A DNA stretch of 58,754 nt from Eubacteriales bacterium (GTDB lineage Bacteria; Bacillota; Clostridia; Oscillospirales; CAG-272), in assembly GCA_045637205.1 (NCBI GenBank), contig JAZTYY010000070.1, positions 1 through 58,754 of the forward strand, read 5' to 3'. Below are positions 44,861-54,588 of this stretch, in pieces. Position 1 is the first letter of the stretch; each line of letters begins with the position of its first letter. The translations under genes and the position numbers were made by a program. The notes below the pieces were generated by a model. It saw only the letters and a program-made list of their open reading frames with translations. It made no database searches and had not been told where the DNA came from.

Positions 44861-45958
44861 ATGAACGAAAATTATCTTTTACATAGTGAAACTGCTAAAA
44901 AACTCTATTTTAAATATGCAAAGGATTTGCCGATAATATCACTTTGTTCGCAATTTGAACTAAGTGATAAAGTTTATAATAATATTACCGAAGCATTTTT
45001 AACTAACGATTGTTATAAGCTTGATGCTATGAGGAATTTGGGAGTTGAGGAAAAGTTTATTACCGGTGACGCATCCAACTACGAAAAATTCGAAGTATTT
45101 TGCTCAATTTTGCCTAAATTTGCAGGACATCCTATTTATTTGCTTTCCCATATAGAACTCAAAAAGAATTTTGAGTGTGATTTGAGCATTTGCGAAGAAA
45201 ATTGTGAAGCAATATGGCAATACTGTAATTCAAAAATCACAAGTGAGTTATTTACTGATGATGTAGTAATGCAAAAATCAAAGTTATCTTTTGTTAACGC
45301 ATTTCACCTTGTTGCTATTAATGAAATTAACAATCCATCAGTGGTTGATTTAAAAACCTTGGAAACAAGATTATTAGAAATTGTATCAAACCTTGACAAA
45401 AATGGATGTAAAATAGTAGTGCACCCAACGATTGATATTTTTGAAAAACCAAATTTATATAAAGCTAATGAAATAATTCAAAAAATTAAAAGAGAGGATC
45501 AGGTTGCCAGTGAGGATTACAATCATATTTTTATGCAAATCAATCGTACACTTGGAATTGAATATAAAAAACGTAATTGGAGTTTGATTTGGTATAAAGA
45601 AGATTATTGGGAAGAATCAAATATTTATAACAATATAAAAGCACTTGAATATCTTGAAAAAAGCAATGCTCTGCCTATTAGTTATAATTTATTATCTATT
45701 TATACTGATGATACCGAGAAGGAGATTTCAGAACGATTAATTAGATTTGCTAAAAAAAATATACTTGGTAATTTTGTTCTCATGGCAGATTTTATCTCTC
45801 CAACCACAGCATTTGCACGTACTGATTATATTCGTCGTATTATTTGCAACATTATCGGTCAATGGGTCGAAAATGGGGAATATACATCCGACGAAAAAAC
45901 ACTCAAAAAACTAATTGAAGATATTTTGTACAACAACATAAAAGAAGCCATCAGCTGA
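44861..45958 (+). CDS. glucuronate-isomerase (UxaC)-like protein, shortened and lacking the conserved metal-binding histidines
   Basis: The N-terminus (NYLLHSETAKKLYFKYAKDLPII..) and C-terminus (..RTDYIRRIICNIIGQWVENGEY) resemble UxaC. The HCH motif is replaced by LCS, and HYKW by CYKL. Confidence 0.6.
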   Translation: MNENYLLHSETAKKLYFKYAKDLPIISLCSQFELSDKVYNNITEAFLTNDCYKLDAMRNLGVEEKFITGDASNYEKFEVFCSILPKFAGHPIYLLSHIELKKNFECDLSICEENCEAIWQYCNSKITSELFTDDVVMQKSKLSFVNAFHLVAINEINNPSVVDLKTLETRLLEIVSNLDKNGCKIVVHPTIDIFEKPNLYKANEIIQKIKREDQVASEDYNHIFMQINRTLGIEYKKRNWSLIWYKEDYWEESNIYNNIKALEYLEKSNALPISYNLLSIYTDDTEKEISERLIRFAKKNILGNFVLMADFISPTTAFARTDYIRRIICNIIGQWVENGEYTSDEKTLKKLIEDILYNNIKEAIS

Positions 45959-45972
45959 TGGCTTCTTTTTTT
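45941..45972. terminator. bidirectional terminator
   Basis: The palindrome AAAGAAGCCATCAG / CTGATGGCTTCTTT has T-runs on one side and A-runs on the other. Confidence 0.75.
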
Positions 45973-46885
45973 ATTTAATAAATTCAAGAATATCGGCAAC
46001 TGTCATATCAAATGACGAGTCATTAAGAATTTCGTGTCTGTATCCGGGATAGATCTTTGTGGTTACATCGGCACCATTTTTCTTTAATTTTTCTGCGCAT
46101 GCGCACACTCCTTTTCCATAATCACCAACAGGGTCGTCTTTACCCGAAATAAGCAATATGGGCATTTGTTTTGCAACATCTTTAAACCACTTGTTGCTAT
46201 TGCAATCTTGTATCAATGAAATAAGATCGTGCATAGCAGAAATTGTGAATTTGAAAGTGCAGAATTTATCAGCATCATACTTTCTTCGAACGTCAACGTC
46301 ATTTGTGAGCCATGAGCGCGGGTCATTTTCGTTTTTAAAATGACTGTTATAGCTACCAAATGCTATGGATTCAACTAGTGGGGAAATGTGTTTTTTACCT
46401 TTTAAGGTACGAATAATTTTGCAAACAAGCAATCCAAGACCTGCGATGGGATTCGGGCCGCTTGTACCCATAATAATAAGCTTTGTGGGAGTTATGTATT
46501 TTTGAACAGCCATTCTTACAACAAATGAGCCCATGCTGTGTCCCATAAGATAGTATGGGTGATCTCCATACTCTGATTTAACTGCATCAAAAAAGATTTT
46601 AACGTCACGAGCAAGAAGGTCATCGCCGTCTTTAGGGGCAAAAAAACCAAGCTCACTATCATCTTTTGCGGTATATCCGTGACCCAAATGATCATAACCA
46701 AAGGCAATGTATCCGTTTTCAGCCAGTAATCTCATAAATTTATCATATCTTGCTATGTGGTCGGTCATGCCGTGAACTATATGATAATATCCTTTTATAT
46801 TTCCGTGAGGTAAATATACTTTGCCTGCAAGCATATTTTTCCCGTTGGAAGAAAGCACCTTTTTATCAAGTATATCGTAGTTCAT
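45971..46885 (-). CDS. alpha/beta hydrolase (lysophospholipase / monoacylglycerol-lipase-like)
   Basis: The nucleophile elbow is GHSMGS, and ..GYRHEILND.. near the C-terminus supplies the catalytic His. Confidence 0.75.
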   Translation of the reverse strand: MNYDILDKKVLSSNGKNMLAGKVYLPHGNIKGYYHIVHGMTDHIARYDKFMRLLAENGYIAFGYDHLGHGYTAKDDSELGFFAPKDGDDLLARDVKIFFDAVKSEYGDHPYYLMGHSMGSFVVRMAVQKYITPTKLIIMGTSGPNPIAGLGLLVCKIIRTLKGKKHISPLVESIAFGSYNSHFKNENDPRSWLTNDVDVRRKYDADKFCTFKFTISAMHDLISLIQDCNSNKWFKDVAKQMPILLISGKDDPVGDYGKGVCACAEKLKKNGADVTTKIYPGYRHEILNDSSFDMTVADILEFIK

Positions 46886-46898
46886 TAGTTACCTCCGA

Positions 46899-48380
46899 TT
46901 ATTGTTTTTTGCAAACCTCAACGGCATGAGACCAGCCGCTAATAAGCTCTTTTCTCACGTTGTCATCAATGGTGGGTGTAAAATAATCCTTTCCTTTGAT
47001 TATAGTTTTAAGCTCGTTTCTATCTTTGAAAAAGCCAACCGAAAGTCCTGCTAAGAATGCCGCGCCCTGTGCTGTTGCTTCGGTAGTTTGGGGTCTTACA
47101 ACCTTAACGTTTGAAATATCACTTTGGAATTGCATAAGGAAGTTGTTTTCGGATGCTCCTCCGTCAACCTTAAGTGATGAAAGATGCACCCCCGTATCTC
47201 CCTCCATAGCGCTGATAACGTCGTTTGACTGATAAGCTATTGACTCAAGTCCTGCGCGAATAATGTGATATACGTTTGAGCCACGGGTAAGTCCTGTGAT
47301 AGTACCTCTTGCATGCATATCCCAGTGGGGAGCACCAAGGCCTGCAAATGCGGGAACAAGATATACTCCCGCGCTATCCTTTACTCTAAGTGCCAAATTT
47401 TCACTGTCAGTTGATTTGTCTATTACCTTTAGTTCATCTCTAAGCCACTGAATAACTGCGCCTCCAACGAAAACTGAGCCCTCAAGGGCATATTCAGTTT
47501 GCTTTCCTTGTTCAGTTGCCGCAATGGTAGTAATAAGTCCGTTTTTAGAGCTAATTCGTCTGTTTCCTGTGTGTGCGAGAAGGAAGCAGCCTGTTCCATA
47601 AGTATTTTTTGCTTCACCATCTTCAAAGCAGCATTGACCAAAAAGGGCTGCCTGCTGGTCTCCTGCAATGCCACAAATGGGAATTGATGCGCCCATGATT
47701 TCTACGTGCCCATAGATTTCGCTGCTAGAACAAACCTTAGGCAAAATTGATTTTGGAATATCGAAAAGTTCAAGAAGCTTTTCATCCCATTCGCCTTTTT
47801 CTATATTGTAAAGCATAGTTCTTGAGGCATTTGTAGCATCAGTAACGTGAATTTTACCTTCAGTGAGTTTCCAGATAATCCAAGTATCAACTGTACCGAA
47901 AAGAAGGTCACCGTTTTCAGCCATTTCACGCGCACCTTCAACATTGTCAAGTATCCACTTAATTTTTGTTCCGCTGAAGTAGGCATCGATGCGAAGTCCT
48001 GTGGCGCTTTGAATATAGTCGGAATATCCTGCTTTAACCAATTCATCGCACATATCGGCAGTCCTTCTACATTGCCAAACAATTGCATTGTAAATTGGTT
48101 TGCCAGTATTTTTGTTCCACATAATAGTGGTTTCTCTTTGATTAGTTATACCAATACCTGCAATTTCATCAACCGAAATATCACTTTTGGCAATGCATTC
48201 AGTAAGAGTGGCATACTGATTTGCATATATTTCCATTGGATTTTGTTCAACCCAGCCGGGCTGAGGATAGTACTGCGCTAATTCATGCTGAGCAGATGAT
48301 ATGATATTACATTCGTGATCGAACAAAATACTTCTTGCGCTTGTCGTACCTTCATCAAGGGCTAAAATATACTTTTTCAT
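46899..48380 (-). CDS. glpK: glycerol kinase
   Basis: I moved the start to Met18 (ATG at 48378-48380) behind AGGAGG. The N-terminus is [15 protein letters not shown], and similarity to the FGGY family and GlpK runs the full length. Confidence 0.93.
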   Translation of the reverse strand: MKKYILALDEGTTSARSILFDHECNIISSAQHELAQYYPQPGWVEQNPMEIYANQYATLTECIAKSDISVDEIAGIGITNQRETTIMWNKNTGKPIYNAIVWQCRRTADMCDELVKAGYSDYIQSATGLRIDAYFSGTKIKWILDNVEGAREMAENGDLLFGTVDTWIIWKLTEGKIHVTDATNASRTMLYNIEKGEWDEKLLELFDIPKSILPKVCSSSEIYGHVEIMGASIPICGIAGDQQAALFGQCCFEDGEAKNTYGTGCFLLAHTGNRRISSKNGLITTIAATEQGKQTEYALEGSVFVGGAVIQWLRDELKVIDKSTDSENLALRVKDSAGVYLVPAFAGLGAPHWDMHARGTITGLTRGSNVYHIIRAGLESIAYQSNDVISAMEGDTGVHLSSLKVDGGASENNFLMQFQSDISNVKVVRPQTTEATAQGAAFLAGLSVGFFKDRNELKTIIKGKDYFTPTIDDNVRKELISGWSHAVEVCKKQ

Positions 48381-48466
48381 AATGCCTCCTTTGTGGATGT
48401 ATCCTATCTTTATAATTTTATCACACATCAATCAAAAATTCAATACCAAAATTATCCTTTTTTATG

Positions 48467-48495
48467 TAATATTTTTTACTTATTTCGCATATTTT
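48467..48495 (+). promoter_or_regulatory. candidate sigma-E-type sporulation promoter of the spoIIIA operon
   Basis: TAATATT, a 14-nt spacer, then CATATTTT. I compared this with the B. subtilis SigE consensus as I recall it (ZHATAXX-14-CATACAHT). The match is partial. Confidence 0.3.
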
Positions 48496-48509
48496 TTATC
48501 AAGAAGGGT

Positions 48510-49391
48510 GTGAAAAACGAATTGGATATTAAAGTTAAAGAATTTTTACCACAAAGATTAATCAAAGAAATTGAAAATCATATCAATAAAAATAGCATTC
48601 TTGAAGAAATACGTATAAGAAGAAATAGACAAGCATATATAGTATTGTCGGGCAAAAATATACTCATAAACTTTATAGCAAGTGACGATGAAATGATTAA
48701 AATTTTAAAAACGATTTCTCACTTTTCCTTGTATGCATACAAGGATACTATATCGCAAGGGTATATTTCTCTTGGCAACGGTATTAGAATTGGAATTATA
48801 GGAAAGGCAAGTGTTGAAAACGGAAATATAGTTGGGGTATATGATATAAATGAATTTGCTATTAGATTACCCAACAGTATAAAGGTCGATTGCGAGCAAA
48901 TAATTGCTTTAAGTCAAAATGCATCCATACTTATATATGCACCTCCCGGGGTTGGAAAAACTACGTTACTTCGTTCAATGATTAGTAATATATCACGGGG
49001 ATTTTATGCAAAAAGAGTTGCTGTTATAGATACAAGGGGTGAGCTTGATATTGATTTTTATGACAAAGAAATGCTTGTGAGCATTCTTTCGGGATACCCA
49101 AGAAAAAAGGGGATTGAAATTGCAGTAAGAACTATGAACGCGCAGGTCATATTTTGCGACGAGATAGGGGACGAGCAGGATGCATCTGCCATAACTGACG
49201 CGCAGGGAGCAGGCATACCAATAATAGCGACCTGCCACGGCTCATCCATTAAGGACATTTTATCTCATACCGGTATAATCAATCTTCACAAGGCAAAAAT
49301 CTTTGATTATTACGTTGGAATTAAGCGTGGCACCAACAAAGATTTTATTTATACAATAAACACCTGGGGTGAGGCTAATGATTGCATATAA
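48510..49391 (+). CDS. spoIIIAA: stage III sporulation protein AA (ATPase)
   Basis: The Walker A is PPGVGKTTLLR and the Walker B is FCDEIG. The start is uncertain: GTG at 48510 or TTG at 48522. The upstream part of the track ORF is AT-rich promoter DNA. Confidence 0.85.
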   Translation: MKNELDIKVKEFLPQRLIKEIENHINKNSILEEIRIRRNRQAYIVLSGKNILINFIASDDEMIKILKTISHFSLYAYKDTISQGYISLGNGIRIGIIGKASVENGNIVGVYDINEFAIRLPNSIKVDCEQIIALSQNASILIYAPPGVGKTTLLRSMISNISRGFYAKRVAVIDTRGELDIDFYDKEMLVSILSGYPRKKGIEIAVRTMNAQVIFCDEIGDEQDASAITDAQGAGIPIIATCHGSSIKDILSHTGIINLHKAKIFDYYVGIKRGTNKDFIYTINTWGEANDCI

Positions 49392-49863
49392 AATAATCGG
49401 AAGCGCTAGCATTGTTATTTCGGCGCTGATAATATACCTTGAAATTCAAAAATATGAGAGCTTGAAAATTAAGCAAATCAATTCCTTTATTTTACTTATT
49501 GAATACATCAAAAATCAAATAGAGTGCTTCTTATTGCCAATTGACGTAATAATTCGCAATTGCAATGAAGACTTAATCAGGAATTGCTGCATTAATGGGG
49601 AATATAGAAATTGCCATACTTTAGATGATGTTTTGGAGAGTACAACTTTTTATTGTGGTACGGAAACCATTGATACGATAAAACAATTCGCACGCGATTT
49701 TGGACAAGGATATATACAAGAGCAGCTGCGTATGTGTGATTATTATAGAAATGAGCTTATTAAGCAAAGAGATAAATTAAAAGAAAAAAGCATCAAAGAG
49801 AAGAAGGTCAGATTGGCAATTTGCCTATCAGCTTCCTTTTCGTTGATACTGATATTGATATAA
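49378..49863 (+). CDS. spoIIIAB: stage III sporulation protein AB
   Basis: Position in the operon, a size of about 160 aa, and N- and C-terminal TM helices. The ATG lies behind GGGGTGAGG. Confidence 0.8.
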   Translation: MIAYKIIGSASIVISALIIYLEIQKYESLKIKQINSFILLIEYIKNQIECFLLPIDVIIRNCNEDLIRNCCINGEYRNCHTLDDVLESTTFYCGTETIDTIKQFARDFGQGYIQEQLRMCDYYRNELIKQRDKLKEKSIKEKKVRLAICLSASFSLILILI

Positions 49864-49879
49864 AAGGGAAGGAATATCT

Positions 49880-50074
49880 ATGGAATTAGGACTTATTTTG
49901 AAGGTAGCAGGTGTGGGCTTGATTGTATCCGTAGTTGCACAAATATTAAACAAATCAGGAAGGGATGAACAAGGTATGATGCTAATTATTGCTGGAATAC
50001 TTGTTGTTTTTTTCATCCTTGTGGGAGAGATGGGAACTCTTTTTGATCAAATTAAGGATGTGTTTGAGCTTTGA
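49880..50074 (+). CDS. spoIIIAC: stage III sporulation protein AC
   Basis: It is a 64-aa two-TM protein (..LKVAGVGLIVSVVAQILNKSGRDEQ..) typical of SpoIIIAC. Confidence 0.88.
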   Translation: MELGLILKVAGVGLIVSVVAQILNKSGRDEQGMMLIIAGILVVFFILVGEMGTLFDQIKDVFEL

Positions 50075-50460
50075 ACGATAGCTTTAAGATATGTGCTGTG
50101 GGCATAATATTTGCAATAATTTGTGTATTAATAAAGAACTGTAGAAGTGAGTTTCTAATACCTACAAGACTTGCTGGGGTCATATTGATTTTTGGTGTCC
50201 TTGTGGTATTGCTATCTCCAATAATTAAGTTTTTGCACAGCATTATGGGTGCAAGTATACCAATTGAATATATGGAAATCATTCTTAAAACACTTGCTAT
50301 TGCATACATGACTCAAATATCAAGTGAAATGTGTCGTGAATGTGGTGAAAGTAGCATTGCTTTTGGTGTTGAAGCTGTTGGAAAAATAGAAATAATAATT
50401 TTGAGCCTGCCTATGATAAATAACATTATTTCAATGTCTGGGGAGCTATTACAATGGTAA
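50071..50460 (+). CDS. spoIIIAD: stage III sporulation protein AD
   Basis: It is a 129-aa membrane protein with the motif ..LKTLAIAYMTQISSEMCRECGESSIA..VE..GKI.I... The TTG start overlaps the spoIIIAC stop. Confidence 0.85.
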   Translation: MNDSFKICAVGIIFAIICVLIKNCRSEFLIPTRLAGVILIFGVLVVLLSPIIKFLHSIMGASIPIEYMEIILKTLAIAYMTQISSEMCRECGESSIAFGVEAVGKIEIIILSLPMINNIISMSGELLQW

Positions 50461-51587
50461 GGCGCGTATTAGTGTTTTGTATTGCTTTTGTACTACTTAT
50501 TCAGCCGGTCACGGTTTTCTCTCAAGAGGAAGTCACAATTCCTGACGAGTATGAGGATATGCTTGATTCGTTGCCTAATGATATAGTGGATAAGCTGCCC
50601 GAGGAGATATTTTCCGAGAATATTGAAGAAATTGCAAAGGGAACTGAAAGACTTATATCCTGGGAATACATATTTGATGAATTCTTTGAAGTTTTGGGAC
50701 TGAATATAAAATCCATAATAAAAGCCTTAGCAGTTATCGTTTCTATACTTGTGGCTACTTCACTTTTGAATATGTTAAAAGGAAGCGTAAAAAGTGCTGC
50801 AAGTGAGAGGGTAATAACCTTAGTTAGCAATGCGGCTATGGTTGCTACGGTAGTTCAAATATGCTATGATCCCTTGAAAAGAGCAATGGCTTTGCTTGAA
50901 GAATTGAAGGTTTTTACAAATACCATATCTCCTGTAATGTGCTCAATGTATGCCATGGGCGGAAACGTGTCAAGCGCGTTGGTGCAAAATTACGGTTTAA
51001 TAGTGTTTCTATCAATACTTGAGAACGTGTGCATTATTGCTTTAGAGGCAATACTTGGCATATGCTTGGGGCTTACACTTGCCTCATCGTTTATCGGTGA
51101 AACTAATCTATTGCCACTTAGTAATGCAATTAAAAAGACCTTCACATTCTTTATTGGCTTTATAATGCTGATATTTACAACAGTGATATCAGGACAAACC
51201 CTGCTTTCAAGCAAGGCTGATACTCTTAGTGCCAAAACAGCCAAAATGTTTGCCTCACAAATGATTCCCGTGGTTGGTGGAAGCATTGGTGAAACACTGA
51301 GAACTGCAGGCGCAAGCATCGAATATCTTCGTTCAAACGTTGGTGTTGTGCTGATTGTAATTTTAGTTTTGATGGTTTTGCCAACTTTCATTTCGGTTGC
51401 GCTATATAGAATTGGATTTATTATTTCTAATGCCATTGCGGGTCTTTTGGGATGTGAAAGAGAGGGGAAGATATTGCTTGAGATATCAAGCATATACGGA
51501 TACGTTCTTGCTATTATCTCAATTGCGGCAATAACTCTGCTCTTGCTGATTACGGTATTTGCAAAATGCTCCTCACCCTTGCTCTGA
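50454..51587 (+). CDS. spoIIIAE: stage III sporulation protein AE
   Basis: It has a signal peptide and then a polytopic membrane domain. Its position in the operon fits, and its start overlaps the spoIIIAD stop. Confidence 0.85.
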   Translation: MVRRVLVFCIAFVLLIQPVTVFSQEEVTIPDEYEDMLDSLPNDIVDKLPEEIFSENIEEIAKGTERLISWEYIFDEFFEVLGLNIKSIIKALAVIVSILVATSLLNMLKGSVKSAASERVITLVSNAAMVATVVQICYDPLKRAMALLEELKVFTNTISPVMCSMYAMGGNVSSALVQNYGLIVFLSILENVCIIALEAILGICLGLTLASSFIGETNLLPLSNAIKKTFTFFIGFIMLIFTTVISGQTLLSSKADTLSAKTAKMFASQMIPVVGGSIGETLRTAGASIEYLRSNVGVVLIVILVLMVLPTFISVALYRIGFIISNAIAGLLGCEREGKILLEISSIYGYVLAIISIAAITLLLLITVFAKCSSPLL

Positions 51588-51595
51588 GGTGGATT

Positions 51596-52090
51596 ATGGA
51601 TAATTATTTAATAACTGTAGTTACGGTTTGTATTTGCGTTGGAATATACAACGTTATTGCACCAAATTCAAACGGACTTGAAAAATATAGTAAAATGATA
51701 GGAATGCTCGTTGTTCTTTGTGTAATAATATCCCCAATCAAGGAGCTGATTAATACGTTTGATGAGGATAATCTTCAGAGCATTAAGGATAGCTTAATAA
51801 ATCCCGATAATGCTGAAGAAAACGAGTATGATCAAATCTTTGACGATTATTTGAGCTCATTTTCTATCGAAGAGGTAAAAAAGGAAATGAAGAATATATT
51901 GTCTAAGGAATTCGATATTCCTGAGAATGAATGTGATATTAAACTGTCAACCGAAATATGTAATGATGAGCTTGTATTATCCAAAGCGCAAATTTTACTG
52001 ACTGGAAAATCTATATTCAAAAACCCATATAGCATAGAGGAATATTTTTCAAAATTATTGCAATGCAGGTGTGAGGTTTTAATAAAGTAA
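51596..52090 (+). CDS. spoIIIAF: stage III sporulation protein AF
   Basis: I moved the start to the ATG at 51596 behind GAGGTGG. It has two N-terminal TM helices and an acidic soluble domain, and its position in the operon fits. Confidence 0.75.
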   Translation: MDNYLITVVTVCICVGIYNVIAPNSNGLEKYSKMIGMLVVLCVIISPIKELINTFDEDNLQSIKDSLINPDNAEENEYDQIFDDYLSSFSIEEVKKEMKNILSKEFDIPENECDIKLSTEICNDELVLSKAQILLTGKSIFKNPYSIEEYFSKLLQCRCEVLIK

Positions 52091-52102
52091 ACGGAGAGCA
52101 AT

Positions 52103-52612
52103 ATGAATAAAAAAAGCGTGGATTTTTTAACTTATATCAAAAGTAAAAAGAATACTGTAATTATTGTTGTCTTAATAATTTTGGGGCTTTTGCTTTTGAT
52201 TTTACCTAATGCTTCAAATGGAACAAGCACTAATAGTAATGAAGAACGACTTGCGAATTACGTTGACGATTTAGAAAACAAGATTGGAGCGTTATGCTCT
52301 AAAATACAGGGAGTTTCAAACGTTAGCGTCACAGTCTATTTGGATTCGGGCTTTGAAACCGTTTACGCATATAATGAGCAAAGCAAGGCAACCTCTAATG
52401 GAATCAATTCCGAAAAGAAGTACGTTACCGTGGGCTCGGGAAATGATGAAAGTATGGTTTGCATTGTAGAGAAAATGCCAAGCATCTGTGGAGTAGCAGT
52501 CGTTTGCAAGGGGGGAGGCAATCCGCTGATTTCAAATCAAATAATCAATCTTATTTCGGCAGCTTACAACGTGCCTAAAAACAAAATATATGTTGTAGAA
52601 GGAAAAAAGTAA
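52103..52612 (+). CDS. spoIIIAG: stage III sporulation protein AG
   Basis: It has an N-terminal TM helix and a C-terminal ring-building-motif region (..VSNVSVTVYL......P.I.GV.VV..GG.N......I...I...Y.V....I.V). Confidence 0.8.
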   Translation: MNKKSVDFLTYIKSKKNTVIIVVLIILGLLLLILPNASNGTSTNSNEERLANYVDDLENKIGALCSKIQGVSNVSVTVYLDSGFETVYAYNEQSKATSNGINSEKKYVTVGSGNDESMVCIVEKMPSICGVAVVCKGGGNPLISNQIINLISAAYNVPKNKIYVVEGKK

Positions 52613-52683
52613 ACATTATATGTTCTAAAATCTAAATGTGTGAATATACATATAGTGTACTTCAAAATGAACGGAGGAGTTTT

Positions 52684-53283
52684 ATGAATACAGAAGAAAA
52701 GTACGAATTAATGGAAACCGAAGAAGAAGAGGTAAGCATACTCGATAGAGTAAAAGAATTTTTAGCAAGGATAGGCAGAAGAAATCTTATTATCATAGGT
52801 GCCGTTTTGCTTGTGGGTGTTGCTATATGTCTTAACTTTGTGCTTTTTGCGGATAATGATGACGCTGGTTATGATTACGGTGACGGAAGCGGTTCTGCTG
52901 GCAATGTGGTTGAGGATGCAGAAACTGATGAGGTTCTTGCTTATTTTGCATCAACTCAAGTAAGCAGAGATAGAGCAAGAGAAGAGGCTCTTGCGGTGCT
53001 TCAGAACGTTGTTGACAGCGCAAGCGCTGATAGTACTGAAAAGGCTCAAGCTCTTGAAGATATCGCAACTATTGCCAATAATATTGAAGCTGAGGCTAAT
53101 ATTGAGGCAATGGTTATGGCTAAGGGTTTTGAGCAATGCATTGCAATTATCAATGACGGCATGTGCACAGTTGTGGTAATGACTGATGAGCTTTTAGCAA
53201 GTCATATGTCACAAATTAACGAGATTGTGTATGAGCAAGCTGGCATTAAGCCCGTAAACGTTAAGTACATACAAAAGAGTTGA
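52684..53283 (+). CDS. spoIIIAH: stage III sporulation protein AH
   Basis: I moved the start to the ATG at 52684 behind GGAGGAG. It has one TM helix, an acidic linker and a C-terminal YscJ/FliF-like region. It is the last gene of the operon and is followed by a terminator. Confidence 0.75.
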   Translation: MNTEEKYELMETEEEEVSILDRVKEFLARIGRRNLIIIGAVLLVGVAICLNFVLFADNDDAGYDYGDGSGSAGNVVEDAETDEVLAYFASTQVSRDRAREEALAVLQNVVDSASADSTEKAQALEDIATIANNIEAEANIEAMVMAKGFEQCIAIINDGMCTVVVMTDELLASHMSQINEIVYEQAGIKPVNVKYIQKS

Positions 53284-53288
53284 TTTTG

Positions 53289-53314
53289 AAGCACCGACGT
53301 CAGTCGGTGCTTTT
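53289..53314 (+). terminator. terminator of the spoIIIA operon
   Basis: The hairpin AAGCACCGAC-GTCA-GTCGGTGCTT is followed by TT. Confidence 0.75.
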
Positions 53315-53330
53315 ACTATAAGGAGGATAT

Positions 53331-53618
53331 ATGGATATTATAAGTACTGAAGAATTAAGGGAAAAGGAGATAATAAATCTTTGTGACGGAGCACGTCTTG
53401 GATATGCCTGCGATTTTGAATTCAATAAATGCACAGCACAAATTGTCGGCTTGATAGTTGAGAGGAGCAGTGGCTTTTTGGGACTTGGCGCAAGAGAGAG
53501 CGCAACTATTCCTTGGAGTAAAATAGAGTGTATTGGGGAAGATACTATACTTGTTAGATTTAGTTCTATAGAGTTACAAAACTTTTGTAAGAAGAAAAAG
53601 AGGAAGTTTTTTGAATGA
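53331..53618 (+). CDS. ylmC: YlmC/YmxH-family sporulation protein (PRC-barrel)
   Basis: The family pattern is L..KE.IN..DG..LG...D.EF........I........F.G.......IPW..I..IG.D.ILV. Confidence 0.8.
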   Translation: MDIISTEELREKEIINLCDGARLGYACDFEFNKCTAQIVGLIVERSSGFLGLGARESATIPWSKIECIGEDTILVRFSSIELQNFCKKKKRKFFE

Positions 53619-53654
53619 AATTGTTAATAAATTGTAAACTTTTTTATTTTTCTA

Positions 53655-53684
53655 TTGCAATCATTATATAGTATATGTTATAAT
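53655..53684 (+). promoter_or_regulatory. sigma-A-type promoter of rpsB-tsf
   Basis: TTGCAA, an 18-nt spacer, then TATAAT with a TGt extended -10. It leaves a leader of about 135 nt. Confidence 0.5.
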
Positions 53685-53820
53685 CATTCGTAATTGTGCG
53701 AAAAAGTCGCGCAAAAATAAAAAATACACACACAAAGGCACGAAACAATGCCGGTGTCACTTAAAGTGATTGCGATTGTTGGCTATTTGTGGTGGAAAAA
53801 ACCGAAGGAGGACATTTAAA

Positions 53821-54555
53821 ATGTCAATTATTTCAATTAAGCAGCTCCTTGAAGCTGGCGTCCATTTCGGACATCACACAAGAAGATGGAACCCCAAAAT
53901 GAGTGAGTACATCTTCACAGAAAGAAACGGTATCTACATCATCGACCTTCAGAAGACTGTTAAGAAGTTTGAAGAAGCTTACATGTTTGTACGTGATATC
54001 GCTGCAGAAGGTGGTAACGTTCTTTTCGTTGGTACAAAGAAGCAGGCAACAGATGCTATTAAAGAAGAAGCAACACGTTGCGGTATGTATTACGTAAACG
54101 TTCGTTGGCCCGGTGGTATGCTCACAAACCACAAGACAATTAAGAAGTCTATCGCTCGTCTTAATGCTCTTACAAAGATGCAGGAAGATGGCACATTCGA
54201 TCTCCTTCCTAAGAAGGAAGTTGCTATGAAGCAGAAAGAGATCTTCGACCTTGAAAAGAGCTACGGTGGTATCAAGAACATGGATACACTTCCTGCTGCT
54301 ATTTTCATTGTTGACCCCAAGAAGGAAAGAAATGCAGTTCTCGAAGCAAAGAAGCTCGGTATTCCCGTTGTTGCTATCGTTGACACAAACTGTGACCCCG
54401 ACGATGCTGACTACGTAATTCCCGGTAACGATGACGCTATCCGCGCTATCAAGCTCATCTCTTCTGTAATTGCTGATGCAGTTATCGAAGGTAGACAGGG
54501 CGAACAGACAGTTGCTGAAACAACAGAAGTAGCTGCTGAAGAAGTTGCAGAATAA
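53821..54555 (+). CDS. rpsB: 30S ribosomal protein S2
   Basis: I moved the start to the ATG at 53821 behind AAGGAGG. The N-terminus is [27 protein letters not shown] and it matches S2 over its full length. Confidence 0.97.
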   Translation: MSIISIKQLLEAGVHFGHHTRRWNPKMSEYIFTERNGIYIIDLQKTVKKFEEAYMFVRDIAAEGGNVLFVGTKKQATDAIKEEATRCGMYYVNVRWPGGMLTNHKTIKKSIARLNALTKMQEDGTFDLLPKKEVAMKQKEIFDLEKSYGGIKNMDTLPAAIFIVDPKKERNAVLEAKKLGIPVVAIVDTNCDPDDADYVIPGNDDAIRAIKLISSVIADAVIEGRQGEQTVAETTEVAAEEVAE

Positions 54556-54588
54556 TTTTAATCTTAAAAATTAAGTGAGGATAAAATA

